A DNA stretch of 64,000 bases, from positions 11,718,001 to 11,782,000 of the forward strand of contig NC_135258.1 in NCBI RefSeq assembly GCF_964204865.1, in the 5' to 3' direction. Both the position numbers and the translations under genes were made by a program. Below the pieces are notes generated by a model. The model did not search any database. It was not told where the DNA came from and was given only the letters and a program-made list of their open reading frames with translations. Positions 1 through 15,787 of this stretch are shown here, one piece after another; the first letter of the stretch is position 1; every line of letters starts with the position of its first letter. This DNA is from Styela clava (Eukaryota).

Positions 1-1052
1 ATAATTTTGCCGAGCAAATAATTGAAAGGCTTCTGATCATATATTAATCGAATCTGAATCTTGGTTGAATGTTTAATAAATAAGACATATCGTATTTGCT
101 CGTTTTAGAGCCCGGGCCCATATTTTTTTCAACCAACTCACTAACCGGGCCCCTATTCGAACCGGCCCATATTCAAGCATGGGCGCTTGTTATTTTCGAT
201 CGTTACAATAATTAATATATTTTAATTCCAGTTCTCAAGTATGATTTATTCGAGAATAACGAAAATTTTGACTTTTTCTACGCACCGCAGGTACAAATCC
301 GCAATAAGAAGAAAAGTTTTGCGACGCCCTATCAATATTGAAACGATGCACAGTTTGAGAACCACGGTGTTACGTAATCAATGCTATCTGTTAGGTACTT
401 GGACGCCTAAGGCGTGAGTGTTATCTACCGGCGCTCAAAATTCAACAGCGTTGTGACAAAAGCGCTTCTTATTTCCTATTGTCCTCTACCACTAAAAAAT
501 CAGCTTTTACATCGGGCGGGTATTCAAGCACCGGCCCTTATTTATTTTTATGTTCTGTTCACACGGGCGGCTATTCAAATGGGCCCTTAATTAAGATCGG
601 GCGGTAAAACATATACAGTAGAGCATGTACGTTAATTGTGGTTCGGGCTTCCTAATTTATATTCTATACCACTGGCCGACACAGACTGCCGCTGCTACTA
701 CAATATAGGGTACTAAGTTAGGAGGAATCAGAATCTTTTCTCCCGAATACCATGTAGTCTATCCAAATTTTATAAAATCCTGGTTAGGTTCACCAGGACT
801 GACCATAAGACTGATCAGGACTCTCACCAAGTTTATGTGTATACATTACCCTACCCTACAAATTTTCATAAAAAACAGCTAAGCAAGGATAACATTTACT
901 AACGAATGAAAATGAACTAAATTTTACAATGCGATTTGGATAATATCAGCAAACCATGTACATGAAATTATGGGGGACAATGAGACTATAACAGTAATTT
1001 GGCCTCATAGTATGGAACTCATTAACAAAATTGTTGATGAGAATGTACAAAC

Positions 1053-4000
1053 CGTAACAGTTTCTTCAATGATAACATCGGCAATGACAGGTACAGGGTA
1101 CGAAATGAACGGAGATTTGATCAAAGAGCTTATAAATTCTGCATGAGAATTCGCAACTTTGGTGATATATTCATTCGTTGATGAAACATCGAAAAATGCA
1201 GTCACTTCATCAGTTGGCACCAGTTTGGCCTGTAACGGAGAGTTATATTTGATAAATGAAACATTTGGTAAGATTTACTACTAGTTTTATATAGTACTAG
1301 TTTTTTTTTCAATCAGAATACCTTAAAATAGTTGGAAATAGTTGAAACAATCCCTTCATCAGCATCGAATTGATAAGCAGGTCAAAAAAGTATTTGATAG
1401 GTATTACTCGACCTACTGGGTTGATAATCACAAAGTTATCAAATAATAGTATTTTAGAAATATTCCATTTTTCACGGGGAAACTATTAAAAAAAGCATAC
1501 TATGACGCAAAAAATAAAACATCGTACTTTAATGAAGACCGGTAATAATAAGCAATATTTGTCTCATTTACAAATACTCTTTCAAGAACCACAATTTATA
1601 TGAATAAAATTACATGCTCATTTATTATGCCATCACATTTAAAAAAACAACAACAACAATAAATCACTACCTTCTTCCTCAACTTCTGAATACGATTGAC
1701 AATTTCTCTTGCGACACCTTCATCGATCATACTTGGATCAGGGGTAACATCAAGAAGAACCAGAACATCGTTGTCAGAATGTGCTGCATATCTAGAAAAG
1801 AGAACAGTGATTTACAAAGTATGAAAACTTTTCATTTCTATTGGTCTCGGCAGCTAAAGATCTGACGAGTAAACTTTGCAGAACATACAAGATTCTAACC
1901 ATTTCAAAATTAGAGACTTCTGGGTTTTTCATACCTTCACTCCGAAAAAGGCTCAGAACAAGCAGCTGATACACAAGGTGCTACAATTTATGCTTAACAT
2001 GGTCAAGTTTGAAAGAACTTTTTATGACCTATGAGGCTATGACCCGCAGTCTGTCCCCATTGTTTACTATAATTTGTAATCAAAGTTTATATAAGTAAAA
2101 GAAGAGAATCGAAAATAATCATTAATCATACTTCGATGGAGCGTCTCCTGAGGCCGATTCGAAATGATAAATAATTCTGAGATCTCCCTCACCAAGTTGA
2201 TGGCCACCAATCTGAAAAATATAAGAAAAAAATTAGAATTTAGCTATCATTTCTTGTGAAAGATAAAATGAGAAAACAAATAGTTAAACTGACCTCGATA
2301 GATCCTTTCTGCAAATAGTCTTCAACTTGCTGACTTGATAATTTAGCTATTTCTGCCGATACTTGTTTGAATTCACCTGTAAAATGTGTATATTAAACAA
2401 CTTTGCTAGTTGAGTACGTCGAGAGCCCTAAACTGAATTAGAATGATCATTGACAAAAATATGGTAAGCAACTAATGAATAGAGCTACGAATAGATGTAT
2501 TATTCATTTGGTTATGCTATATTGCCTATATAATACTTTGAAGTGATGCACATTGTTAACTGTCAATGACGCAATAACTCTTTAAGCTGTGCAAAAACAG
2601 GAGTGCTACTTGTGAATAACTTTAGTAAAGTATCTATTAAAGATTAAACAAAAGAAGCAATAGATAACGAAGAAGGAATAATAAGTTCCAAAATTCCAGG
2701 AGGAGTTTTAAAAAAGGTTGCGAACCACTGGATTAAGATTTTTGTTAGAAACCAGATTGTTTGGTATTCTCAGTTTGTGATTAGAAGAGGATTAATGTAA
2801 AAATGCAACATTTAGTAGCAGGCTTTATGAAAATTTGATTTCAAAATTAACAAAAAAAATGGGAAATTACCTTTCAAACGTTTCCCGAGAATCATGTGAT
2901 CAGGTTGTGCGCGAAGACTAACTTCATATTTGTCTTTATCGGAAGAAGTCGTGATCTTGCGTACATTCAATTCCTCGGAAACATATCGCTCCAAACTAGC
3001 AACATCATCCAGATATTCTTTGCTTTTGTGGATGATGACAACCTCAGGCAAAGGGTACTGTAAGAAATTAAATTTCATATAAGCTAACATGAAAATAATT
3101 GTACTGGAAAGAGATCTGCAGTTAAATCATGCCTAACAAACAATAAACTATTAGCATAGCTTGACTTGACTTGACTGGATGAAAGCACGGGTCGCACCTT
3201 TATATAGGCTTTCTAGTAGTTGCTTGCACAAAAATTTTGGTTATTGATCCTATGACATGCGTTGTTCACTTCGCACAAGCTAGCTGTTAGGACATTATGA
3301 CGCAGACAGTAAATTAGATAATAATGAGTAAGATAATAGTAGTGGAGAATAATGCATAGATAATAAATTAGAGTAGACTAGAGTATAGGCTTTGCAACAC
3401 AAAGGGATTGGAATCCCTCGCATGCACCAGATTAAACCAAATCAAAAATTTATCCGCGGGCCACACAATTTTTTCTTGTGGGCCACAATCGGCCAGCAGG
3501 CTGCAGGTTGTGTATACCATTGAGGCTGGCATCAGTAACATGCTTACAGAAAAATAACAATACAAAATAAGACTATTTGCACAAACTTGCAGTGACATGT
3601 GAAATGAAATGTTTGCCTGCAGTTGACGACGACAAAATTTAAAACCAAGTTTGATTTGTTAACAGAGAATGATTATTTTAAATGGCCGTCTGAAAAAGGA
3701 CTGAATCTTCATAGTTTTTCCTTCAGAATGACAAAAGAACGAAGAATCGTATGCAGTCGAAATCAGTTAATACCTTGATTGGCATTGTATTTCTATCTCT
3801 GATTATTCTTCCTAATTCAATAACAGTTTGCATCCTTGAAACTGCTCTCTCAATTTCCACATTAATCAGTTTCTCACTAAAATTGAGAAAATAAAATATA
3901 AATAATTTACAATGAATATATAAAACTATAAACGCTGGTCTTATAACATAGATAAAGCATATCAGTAATTCTAAAGAATATTTGGATTACTGTATTTGCA

Positions 4001-7000
4001 TTATCTATGATTGCCTGCGTTTCGTGGAAATTTATGAATAGTCAGAAACAAAATGAATATAATTTCAGTTATCGCTGGCTATAATTAACAATACAAATCA
4101 GTAATTTCTATGTTGTTGTCTATTTGGTTGTATTAAAATGAGATTGTATGAAGAAGGATCATGATGGAAATTCCTAGAGTGAAAATAAGGCAACCATATA
4201 CAGTGGTCACAATTGATGAATCACAATTTCTCCAATGGTTTATGAAAAGAGTAAATTAAGTTCTTGAATATCTTACTTCGCATCTGGGAACATCAAATAA
4301 TGGATACTTTCAGCATTTTCTTTAGATTTCAAAACTTTCTTGAGATTTTGATACATATGCTCAGTAAGGAACGGAGTAAATGGACTCTGAAAAAAAAAGG
4401 ATTACAGACTGCATAATAGATGTATTTTTGTTATCATGTGACATTTTTTGTGCGGCTTATTTACAAGCCTTTTGCTCCAAACAAGGAAGTAAAGTCATTA
4501 ACAACTAGTACATATTCACTCGCTAAAATCCAAGGCCACCCACCCAAATAGGCCACCCAAGCCCCCCCCCCGAAGCCGTGCCTTGCAATAAAACACATAA
4601 AAAAAATCATTTATAGTAAAATGGCAGCTGATCTGCATTTTGATTAAAGATAGAGTTTTGGAATCATAAAAACTTACCATTTCTCTAATCATTGTGTACA
4701 GAACACTATAAAGTGTTTGCAATGCTTTTTGACAATCTTCAGGTCCACCGTCACCCTGAAACATTCAAAGAGTCAAGTGAATTGTCAGCTATAACTTGCT
4801 CTTTGACCTGATATTATATAAACAAGATTAGAAGAAGCTCTATAATAATATAAAAAGTTAATTAGACAACTTCAAATCAATATAAAAAGGATTGTTTATC
4901 ATTTAAATAGAGAATAAAAAAGCATAGAAAAAGAATTGTAATAAGGATAGGATTTCATATTTATACCAGGGAGAGAAGAACGACAAAAAGGTTTACCTCT
5001 CGTCCGGTTACCAGTCCATGTCAGGTATGGGATTTGTTAGCCAGATATTTTGTTTTTGAAAAAATGGAATTGATGGTGGAAGTAGCCATAAGCCCCATGT
5101 AACATTGATTAAGAAATAAACTCAAGAAAAATTTCCATTTTAAAAGCCATTTTATAGTCAACACACTTTAAAATATGTATTTATAATAATATATACGTTA
5201 ATAATATAAGTTACATTCGCTGATTCAAAGTTGCATCATCCAAAACTGATAAAAGAATTTCCATAAAAGGCGACCTAGTCATAGGTAAACATATTCTATC
5301 ACAGAAAACTACTTGTTTTTGAAGTTTGGCAATGAAATTCACCTGGAGCTCAAACAAGGTTCTATTTGTAATCCATTCTGGTTATTTCCTACAATGTTTA
5401 CTTATCTGATAATATTATCAAAGGTTACTTTGAGAATTTGGAGTGTTTTATACAGAGTAAATAGTAATATTAGGATTTTTATTGGCATTGCTATCCAAAA
5501 AATTGGATTTTCTTAATATTAAATGTCACCCTTCTTTTGATAAATCGAATAAATCAAAATGAAATTTAATTCCAGACGTAAAAGCATATAAGATTGAAAA
5601 TCTAGACAAACAAATAGTGATTTATCACTGCACCCATTAGGGTAAACATGCTGTAGTATACCAGAATAAGCGGTGTGAGTAGTAATGGCGTATTAAAATA
5701 GATATATGTTGATTAAACCTTCAACAAAATCTCAGATTTTATTAAAAATCGACAACCTATTTTAAAAGTAAAATAATTCTCTGTAATAGTAAAACTACAA
5801 TATTAGAATGCAAAAAATGCTATTTTATTGAGGCACAATGTTATCTTCCAATAACGTTATAAAACTTATTCAATTACAGTGCATAAAATAGAGATAAACG
5901 TGTTTAACTAAAATTTAAACACACATATTCCCAATAAATATCATGGACATCCACAAATTTAACTAAAACAAGCAAATATAAAAACCTTCAATCTTTTCCT
6001 GTTTGATCTGACGTACCAGTTTGTCAATAAATCCACAAATTTGACCAATCGAGGAACGACAGTATACAAGTGGTATGCTGCAAAGTAAAATATCCAATTC
6101 ACCAAATAAGATAGTCTTAATGAAAATCAATTATTGAGAAGCGCAAGTCGCTGTGTTATGAAAATAAAGTAGCACTGCACAATGAGACCCACATGGCTTC
6201 ATTATCATGCAATGTCATTTGCACAGCATACATCATGGTTGTCAATTGCAATATATTTTAAAATCTCGTTCGTTTATGTTGATACAGTAGCAATGCTCAA
6301 GATAAAATCCTAAAATATTATGCAAATGATTTTCTCTAAGGATTCAACTTCAAAATGTTTTGACAAATATGCAATAGAAGTCCATGTTTATTTGATCATG
6401 AAGAGATATGTTCGATAAAAAAAATTGAAACATTTTGATAAAGAAAATTTTGGAATTTTGGCCAAACTATTGGCAATTCAGATTTAGCTTGCACACACAA
6501 TTTACATGGATACGATGATAGGCTAAAGTTTCAACTGCGATTGAGATATCACACCTTTCATTTCCTTTTTCACATACAGTACAAGTGATTGTATTGATGA
6601 CAGAATCCATTTGTCCATTATGTTGTCTGAACTTCCAAGATCATCTTCTTTGTATTTGAATTCAATGCCTTCTTCCTTTTGAAGCCTTAAAACAAGTGCA
6701 ACTTCATTTTATTGAAATAAGCAATGGATGAAATTTGCATTATAATTTTGAACAAATAGGAGTGAATATGACATTGGAGTATTTGGTTGTATTAAGGTAT
6801 AAAAATAGGATCGCTTTAAAATGACTACGGCTGCTTCTCATTAATATAAGACATGATGGAAATGCTAACACATTCCCAATTAAACCAGAAGAGTGATTAA
6901 AATTTAATAAACTGAAATTTTTGTTTCTACAAATTGAAATTTGAATTGGTCCAAAACTTACCTTATTACGTTCTGCACAAAAAATCTGTATGCATTGTAC

Positions 7001-10000
7001 CAAGGTAGAAAAACATCTTTCAAAATATCTCGTACACCATTTTCCTAAAAATAAAAAGAAACATTTATATTGCAAAAAATATTCCCTATTTATAACAAAT
7101 AAAAAACAAGCAATACAGTACCTGAAATCTCAAATTCTCGGCACGAACCACAGGTGAATTGATCAAATATAATCGGAGAGCATCTGCACCATATGCATGT
7201 ACAACTTTGATTGGATCAGGATAGTTTTTCTTCCTTTTGCTCATTTTCTGACCATCGCTGAGATTAAGTATTAACAACATTGAATTATGAACAACATGAA
7301 TAAATCAAAAATGGTATTAACAATATCGATGCCATACCTGGCAAGAACGAGTCCATTGACAATTAGATTTTGAAATGGAGGTTTCCCAAACAAAGCAGTG
7401 GATAATACCAGCAAGGTATAAAACCATCCTCTTGTTTGATCAATTCCTTCAGCAATGAAATGAGCTGGAAAACTGTCTTCAAATTCTTTCTTGTTCTAAA
7501 GACATAAAAATTATGAATAATTACCACAACTGGTTTGCCATAGAATATTTTTTATGCTTGGGAAATTTGGATAACTCTCATTGCTGTGTGACCAGACCAC
7601 TAACAATGATTCCAATGCAGGTTAATAGTGAAGCAATAATAATAGGCCTAAAAGGAAACAAAAATTAAGGTATAATCCATGCTAAATTCCAAATCAAGAA
7701 AGTCTTGGCAGTTGGAATGCATCATAGATTGAGACATAAGAAACCAAAAACTTGAAACAATTGAAATGAAATTTACGCAATTGCTTGACTTGTGAATATG
7801 ACTGAGCATTTTGAATCAAATATTTGAACAATAATTTTTTTTAAATGGTTCAGATCAAACTTTCGAATGATCGCCATCTTTTTTCTAGTCTTCCGTTCAA
7901 GGTCAAGAATCTTTCCATTTTTTTATTGCAACCATATTCTTAAAATGCAATCTTGTCGTATGACATTTTTTCTACTAGTGAGATATTGATAAAATCTGTT
8001 TCTTATTGTGGGTGACAACTCAGCAATTTGTCTAAGTAATAGATTCTATGTTTTCAGTAATTTATGTGTATGAAGGACATATGGCGATAAAAAAGTTAAT
8101 ACATACAGTTACCCTTTTCCAAGTATTCGAGATTCGATTAGATTGAGTAAAATTTTTTGATTCAATTCAGAAATCATCAGGTATTCGAAAATACCCACCT
8201 CATATGTTGTATTTATTAAATGCATGCATATATTATTAAGCTTTTCCTTGCCCAGTCCAGTGAATCAAGTTCCAGGACAGAATCTTAAGGCATTGAGGAA
8301 ACAGAACTTTAAGGCATTGAGGAAAAATAATAGCATACCTCAAATGGATAATGCATTTGAGCATAAGGCATAGATCCACTTTCAAACCAGCAATCAAATA
8401 CTTCGGATATACGACGTAAAACTCCTTTTCCAAGGCGTGATGGTATAGTGATGCCATCAACACTAAAGAGAAATAGCAAAGCATGAAGTTGGAAAATTGA
8501 CAGACAATAAGAAACAGAAGATTGACAGTAGTTAAAAACAGAAACAAAAGGATTATCCGCTAAAAAAAATAAAGGCTCTCTAAAAAGCAAAAAATTTGTG
8601 AATTTTCATGTATATACATAATGTTGAACTTGTCAAATAATTATAAACGAATGATGAAGATCAGATAATGATTAACAAAAGAAGCAAGATTTCAAAAGCT
8701 TGAACTAAATTATAAGTAAATTATGACACAGATAAATGTTAATATGCTAAATGCAGGGGGCATAGCCATTTCAGAACCGAAGTTTCAAATTCAAAATCGG
8801 AGATTCGCCTGCAATGGCTTCTGAAACCACCTATTAAAAGAGGTGATTCTTCTGAGAATACTGATTTTTCTGTTGCATAAAATATGCAATCCCTGTCCAA
8901 TAGAAGCATTAAGAATGCCTTGCCATATTAATTAATTATGTTCAACTCACGACTCGTTGACATACGACAAAATAAAAACATCATTACTCTAAAATACCTT
9001 TCTCTATGAAGATCAGTGACTTTGACCCCAGATAATTGTTCCAATTCCTCTATGGACCCGATGCAAACGATTTCTTCGAAATCCTCGCTGACCCACAATG
9101 GTATTGGAGTACCCCAATATCTATTACGAGAAACGGCCCAGTCATGAGCATCCCGAAGCCAGTTTGCAAAACGTTTTTCTTTGACAAAATTAGGAACCCT
9201 GAAATGGAGAGAAAATTATAATGTGAAATTAAATAGCTGAAAGTGACATATTATTTTTCTTATGTATCGCATTTCTGAGTAGTGAGAGTGGTCGGCCTAA
9301 GCTATGTTGGTGTCACAGGTCAAAAATTTCTGGTTCAATCTCAGAAGCTGACTTCGCTACCCGTGTTGTAATTGGATTAGCAATGGAATCGACTGGAAAG
9401 ATTTCAATTCATCAAAAATGGTAGATAATTATGTTGTACGATGCCTATGTTGCAGGTTAGCAATGGACTGAAAGGCTCCAATCCATCAAAATCAGTATCT
9501 AATTACGTAGTCACTGGCCTTCGAAGAGAAGGTATGAAAACACCTCATAAAATGACCATGGTTCGCATAATTTTTTCTTCCACCATTCGGTCAATGCATC
9601 CACAACAATTAGCTACTTCCACCTAGTCTTGTAACTAGAAAAACTGATAACTTGTCATAAGAGTATGTCGTCTGGCACCTTTTTTCTTCGAGCTAACCAA
9701 GATAACCAATAAATATTTCAATAATACTCACAAAATAAAAAAAACTTCACTTTGCATCACATTTCATTGGCAATTCATGATAATATTTTCATATTTATCC
9801 CAAGGGAGGGAAAAGCTGAAAGATGGATTAACCACCACGGCCTATGTCTGGTTATCGCTCCATGTCGAATATGGTTTCAGTTGGATGATTGTTTGTTTCC
9901 AGATTGAAGCTATCAATATTTAACTAGCAGTTACATGACCAACCCTAAAACAGCAAGGATGTGCAAAGCAATGTTTTGCACATAGATATCCCCAATAGGA

Positions 10001-13000
10001 TTTGAACCTGCAAACTCAAGCAGTGTAATCAGAGTTGTGATGGCGAGCGTATTTCTAATGTTTAGCTTGCTGAACAGGTTATAAAACTATGACTTACCAA
10101 TATGTCTTAGCATTGTTCTCCAATAATTGCTTTGTAATATTTTCCACTCTAATGAACCAGCTTGGTACAGCTTTGTAAAGAAGAGGAGTTTCAGATCTCC
10201 AACAGAAAGGATAGTTATGTTTTGTTGTGCTTTGGTGAACAAGTCTGTTTGTTCCTTTCAGATGACGGCAGATAAGTTTATCAGCATCCTGGAATTGGTA
10301 TTGATATTTCAATTTTTGTTTTTTAACCTTTATCACAAGCCAAACTGATTACCTTATCTAATCTTAGATAAGACATTTGATCTTAGATAAGATATTCCAT
10401 GATTTATATACAATTTTGGTATCAATTTCTGTAACTTAGTGAACGATATTCAATGAAAACAATGACTCACAACCTCGTCTGCTATAATGGAAGGCGCAAT
10501 AATAAAATGGCCTATCACTCGGTAAACCTTGTCAACAATAACGAATCAATATTCAAGAGGAAATCATATAACCTTCACATATACTCCAGCAAAATCCTTC
10601 ACTTCATCAGTAAACTTTCCACTAGCATCCACAGGACAAACTGGAAGTCCATCCTTTGCCACTATTCCATTGCTTGTACAGATGCGATAATCATCCTAAA
10701 TTGTTGGTAAATTTGAGAATTAATACACCATTAAAAGAGAGGTTAGCATCTATTCTAGCTGGACTATTTCAAACCACTCAGATCTAGCCAGATAGATACT
10801 TGGTGATTGGGAATTTCACAAATTTTATTCTGTAACATCTTATCTGAGGAAAGTCAGAATTCCTCAGATAAGTAGTTTATAGCAATTACAAGATAGGAAC
10901 AACAGTATTGTTTAAATATACCGAATGACAATAAGCATAACGGCTTTTAGGAAATGAGAAAGTATGAAATGAAGAACGAAGCTTTTTTGATCATATCAGG
11001 CTCAAATTTCTTTAAAACTCAGGCTGAAAAAGATTCATATGAGCATGATGGCGAAGAACTGAGGTCAAGTCGACGATTAGTGAAGAGTGTCATGGTTGGT
11101 CAGTGATGACCATTCCGTCAAGGAGATAGATTCAAATAATATAATTTTTCGAATCTATCTCCTCGGCGGAATGGTCATATTCCTTCAAAAAATAATAAAA
11201 TTTGATAACATTTTGATGGCACGAGAAAGAAAGTAAGTTCTCTAGAATGTGTTTCTAAAAGACATAGACAAGATTGTAAAATGACTTGTAAACTTACCGC
11301 TCCAAAGAAAGGAGCTTGATGAACGACTCCTGTACCACTATCATCAGTTACATATGTATCACACATGATACGGAATGCTCCTGTGCTTTTCATCTGTACA
11401 TAATAATATACAAGAATACAGATGTAATACATAAAAATCGAAAATCAAGTTCAGACTATGAAGAATTATTTGTAAAAAAAATCTGATGAAACTCAATGAC
11501 ATTAACCCAATAACAGAAAATGATTACGATTGCCTCATTAAGTTAAATGTCTAAGACCGACTTGCTATCACTACTGAGTACACTGTAAGACATAAGGTTA
11601 GTAAGAAAATTGTAACTTCTTGACTTGTGCTATGCATATTCTGAGGAAACAATCATTAAAAACGTACAAAATTATCTTATATTCGGAGCTTCAACTCACT
11701 TGAGCAAAATATGGAAAGAGAGGTTGATATCCTTTACCAAAAAGAGTTTTCCCTTTGAAAGTATCAAGAATTTCATATTCAGTTTCTTCTTTATACAATG
11801 AAATAAGACGATTTTTCATAAGGATGTAAATCTCTTCTGTTTTTGTATCTCGGACCTGAAGAAATTCAAATAAATTATTGATGAAAAATTTGGGCAAATA
11901 ACAAATTTCCTCGATAGTTAAATAGACTGCGCCCTAGAACTCGATTAAGCTATATTATGTAATTTCCACCTAATGCGCTAAATGATAAAATCTTATTTCT
12001 ATCCAAACTTGTATAGGGTTATTTTACCCCTAATCTTAGCATGCCCATACAAACAGCAAATTAGATGCAGTAAAATTGGTAAAAAAATTTTTTCATTTGA
12101 CAAGATAGCATACCATGGGCTATTGGTTACCAATCCTCCTCCGGTATGGTAAAAGGTGGAGCAACCACTCTGCGATGAGAGAAATATTATATAGTTGTCT
12201 CTCGCATATAATAATCCCCGCAGGATTCAAACCGGCGAACCCACTCAAGGTAAATAGAGGAGCGATGGCAAATGTTTTTCTAATGTCTAGCATGATGTGC
12301 CAAGCCCCGTCGACCTTTTTGCATTAGATATATTGCATTACATCAGCCTTGAGGCACAAATCACAATAACCTGTGGAAAGCTGAAGTCGGAAAACAGACT
12401 TCACTAAAGTGAATTAAAAATCTTATAATGAAGATCAGACATGAAGGGTTTCATGTTTTCTATTCAAGTATTGGATTTATTTAGAAAATATAGATACCAA
12501 TGTCCCATGTTCCATCTAGTTAATAATGCTCTACAACATTGGGATAAAGTCTGTTCAAATATATTTGGGCTTGATAAATCTCTTATCTGCGGTCAATTTG
12601 AGAAAGTATATTTTCAGTAGAGGGGAATTTTAACCATAAAACATTCCTTGTATGCTTTAGTGTTGCATCATTCAAAATGAGGACGCATCTTTATGTACTT
12701 ATTTAGTCACGTAGACAGGTATTGAAATAGTTTAAAAACCCACAAAACCATTGAATATCAGCAAAAGAGGAACAAGACGATTGGTGGTTTGACATTTTCA
12801 TTTCGAAGAAACTATGTTCCTCTTTCGCTAGTAAAAACATTGTTTTGACCGAAACTAAAGATAAAGAATATTAGTCTTTGACTGGAATAAGAAAATCAAA
12901 ATTGATAGCGATACAACACGACCCCTAAAATTGACAAAAACTTGGGTCATTTGGAACATGTTCAAAAGAAAACATAACTTTCGTGCAAAGCTCTTCAACT

Positions 13001-15787
13001 AACTGAAATTTTTGAGTGCAATCATACACAAATAGAAGTATTGAATAAATTTCCTTAATTTTCATAGAAGCAATACATAAACTTCAGGGTACAGGGTTTT
13101 CGGGGGTCACCCTGAACATACCTTAACGTAATCCATATCTGGATGAACACAGAGAGCGAGATTGCTCGGCAAAGTCCATGGAGTTGTTGTCCACGCAATC
13201 ATTTTCACTTTTGGATCTTCATCAAGAGGAAAATTGATAATGACAGCTGGATCAATAGTGTCCTTGTAATTCTGTAGAATATAAATTTAAAACATATTAT
13301 TCTATGCTATATTATAGTAATTGTAAATTTGTAATACTATAGGTTTATTAATGATACAGCTATACTTTAGCACAAGGTGGGAAAACTTGATGCCAAGCCT
13401 TTTAAATTAGGGTAGTCCTAATAAATTCAGTATTTGAGATCTCTACATTCAGACTCGTTTATTGTAGTTGTAGTATTGTAGTGGTTTAAATGAAAACATT
13501 TGTCAGAGTAAATATGTGACACACATTCTAAAAATATAAAGTATTTACTTTATGCTCTAATTTTACAACAAAATTGCATTGCTTAACAAGATAAATTATA
13601 AAATGATGAAATCATTTTTCACTTCTGAAAGAATGATCAATAATGGTGCAATCACTACGAATGTCATGAAAACTAATATCAAACTATAAAATATCATGTT
13701 CGTATACTTCGTATATGGTTTTTATTGAGTGATTTGTGAATCACAACGTAAACGTGATTGTATTGCATATACGTATTGTATACGTATATGTATACAATAC
13801 GTATACGTACGTATTTAGCCACAAAATGTCAATGTACAAAAATGAACTTATAAATGACAAGGAAATATTCACATACCTGACTGGCTTCGAAATTTGATAG
13901 TGGAGTATGACAACCCGTTGAATATGGCATTACTTTGAAGCCTTTGTAAACAAAACCTTTGTCGTAAAGTTGTTTGAAAACCCACCAAACACTTTCCATA
14001 AACCATGGATATAAAGTCTTGTAATCGTTCTTAAAATCAATCCAGCGTCCCAAACGATTCACGATGTTCTAAATTGAAAATGAAAAACTGATAATGATAA
14101 AAAATTTGGAATAACATACTGATATTGCCACTACATTCATCTAATATGCTGCTAGCACTTTCATTTTCAACAATACTGTAATTCTATTAATAAAAAACCC
14201 AATTACCTCCCAATCAGCAGAATATCTCATGACAATAGATCGACATTGTTTATTGTATTCCGCGATTCCCATTTTTGCAACATCTTCTGGTCCTTTAATA
14301 CCGAGAGTCTTGTCAATCTCGTATTCCTGAACAAAAAAGTCACATTCGAATAAAAATTGAAAACAACTAGCCATGTCCAAGGACTTTAATTCAAACCGAA
14401 TGTTTTCAAAAAAGCATATTTTTTCTTGGAAATTTATAATTTTTTTGAATTTTAAAAATACCAAACAATTAATCGAAGTACAGAAAGCCCTAAAACTCCC
14501 CACAACCAGACTGGGGTGCCATCATTTACCATTCAAGAAAGCAAAACCAATAATGTTCAGAAATGAACATGCTATTGTTAGCGATTACAAGTAAAATAGA
14601 ATGTCGATGTTAACTGAGATTGTAGAAGTTACATAAAACCTACCACAGGAAGACCATGACAATCCCATCCAAATCTTCGATCAACATGAAACCCGCTATG
14701 GTGAGCATATCTCGTCACAATGTCCTTTATGGTACCAGCAAGAATATGACCATAATGAGGAAGTCCCGTAGCAAATGGAGGTCCATCATAGAAAGCATAT
14801 CTACAAAGACAAGCATTATGATCAATTTTTGAACCATTGTTTCGTCACTAGAAACCATTCAAAGATGAATAGGCAAAGAGTACCAACTTTGCTGTTTTAC
14901 ACTTGATTGAATAGTATACTATGGTTCTTTAGAGTTAAACAACACCTTTGATGAGGTTCTAATGTACGGTATCTCCTATTTAGAATGAAAAAAATCGGGT
15001 CTCGCCAAGTAAACGCTGTAACGGTTTAAATAAAACCAAACACAAATGTGGTGTGAATTTGAATGCTGTATGAGCTTAATTAACACCAAACAAAAATGTG
15101 ATGTGGAAATATAACACAAATCCCGTTTTTTTTATAAATAAGAGTCCCTCTTGTGCAACCACAATATCTTAAACGGCATGAGACATACCTGACTAGTTGA
15201 AATTGAGTAGGTTTGGTAAGAATTTCTTCCTGCATCATAAGACTTTTTTTTAATTAAATTAAAATTTTGACATCACATAAAATCTCATTTTTTTGTTTGG
15301 CCTTATTTGGAGTAGTTACGACGTATATTTTGAATCACATTTTTGTTAGGCGTTATTTAAGCAGCCACGGCTTTTACTTCACTAGTCCTAAAAAAATCAT
15401 ATTAAAACATGTTCTGAAAATCACACTAAAAATGTTTTAATATTAAATTTACAGTAATCAATAATTGCGGTATAATTTTTATGTTTAAAAAAAAGGTAAT
15501 CCTTAGATCCCACAATTCAGGTCACATAACAGCATTACCATATATATCAGTTTATCGGTAACGAAAACTTGTGCTTACACTTTAATATAGAACATTTACA
15601 CTAGAGTACCCAACACACACATGTAGGGTACTAATTTCAAAGTGACAAAAAATACAAAAGCGTTTTACCTCGGCTTTCCTTTAGATTGTTTCAATGAATT
15701 TTGGAAACAATCATGTTCATTCCAAAACTTTAGAATTTTCTCTTCCTCCGCTGGGAAATTAATATGTTCGGGGACCGCCTCAACCAT
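1053..15787 (-). CDS. IARS1: Cytoplasmic isoleucyl-tRNA synthetase; about 21 exons in the window, 3' end lies left of the window
   Basis: ATG at 15787 gives [22 protein letters not shown]. Exon 14644-14800 has [15 protein letters not shown] (HIGH motif) and GWDCHGLP. Later exons give [11 protein letters not shown] (~13122-13272), [13 protein letters not shown] (~11298-11393), [15 protein letters not shown] (~8998-9198), [24 protein letters not shown] and [12 protein letters not shown] (KMSKS motif, ~7122-7258). Last visible exon ~1053-1230 ends in a GT donor with no stop. Exon flanks read are GT-AG. Confidence 0.97.
9280..9430 (+). mobile_element. Second SINE-like repeat; inverted relative at ~40815-40950
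   Basis: CAATGG...ACTGGAAAGATTTCAATTCATCAAAAATGGTAG resembles the reverse complement of ~40820-40870. Confidence 0.45.
11106..11178. repeat. 73-nt hairpin with 28-bp arms (2 mismatches) in an IARS1 intron
   Basis: ATGACCATTCCGTCAAGGAGATAGATTC ... GAATCTATCTCCTCGGCGGAATGGTCAT. Confidence 0.85.
14998..15390. mobile_element. ~390-bp TIR MITE in IARS1 intron 1; related copy at ~50438-50783
   Basis: Inverted ends with AAGTAAAC...AAACAAAAATGTGATGTG versus CACATTTTTGTT...TTTTACTT in both copies. Confidence 0.55.

Noticed and set aside
8285-8325. Short local tandem duplications (also ~18595-18636, ~29901-29990 and ~33193-33320)
   Set aside because: Ordinary slippage or repair duplications.
13770-13806. 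AT-rich palindrome ATACGTATTGTATAC...GTATACAATACGTAT
   Set aside because: Low-complexity TACGTA slippage; no sign of function.
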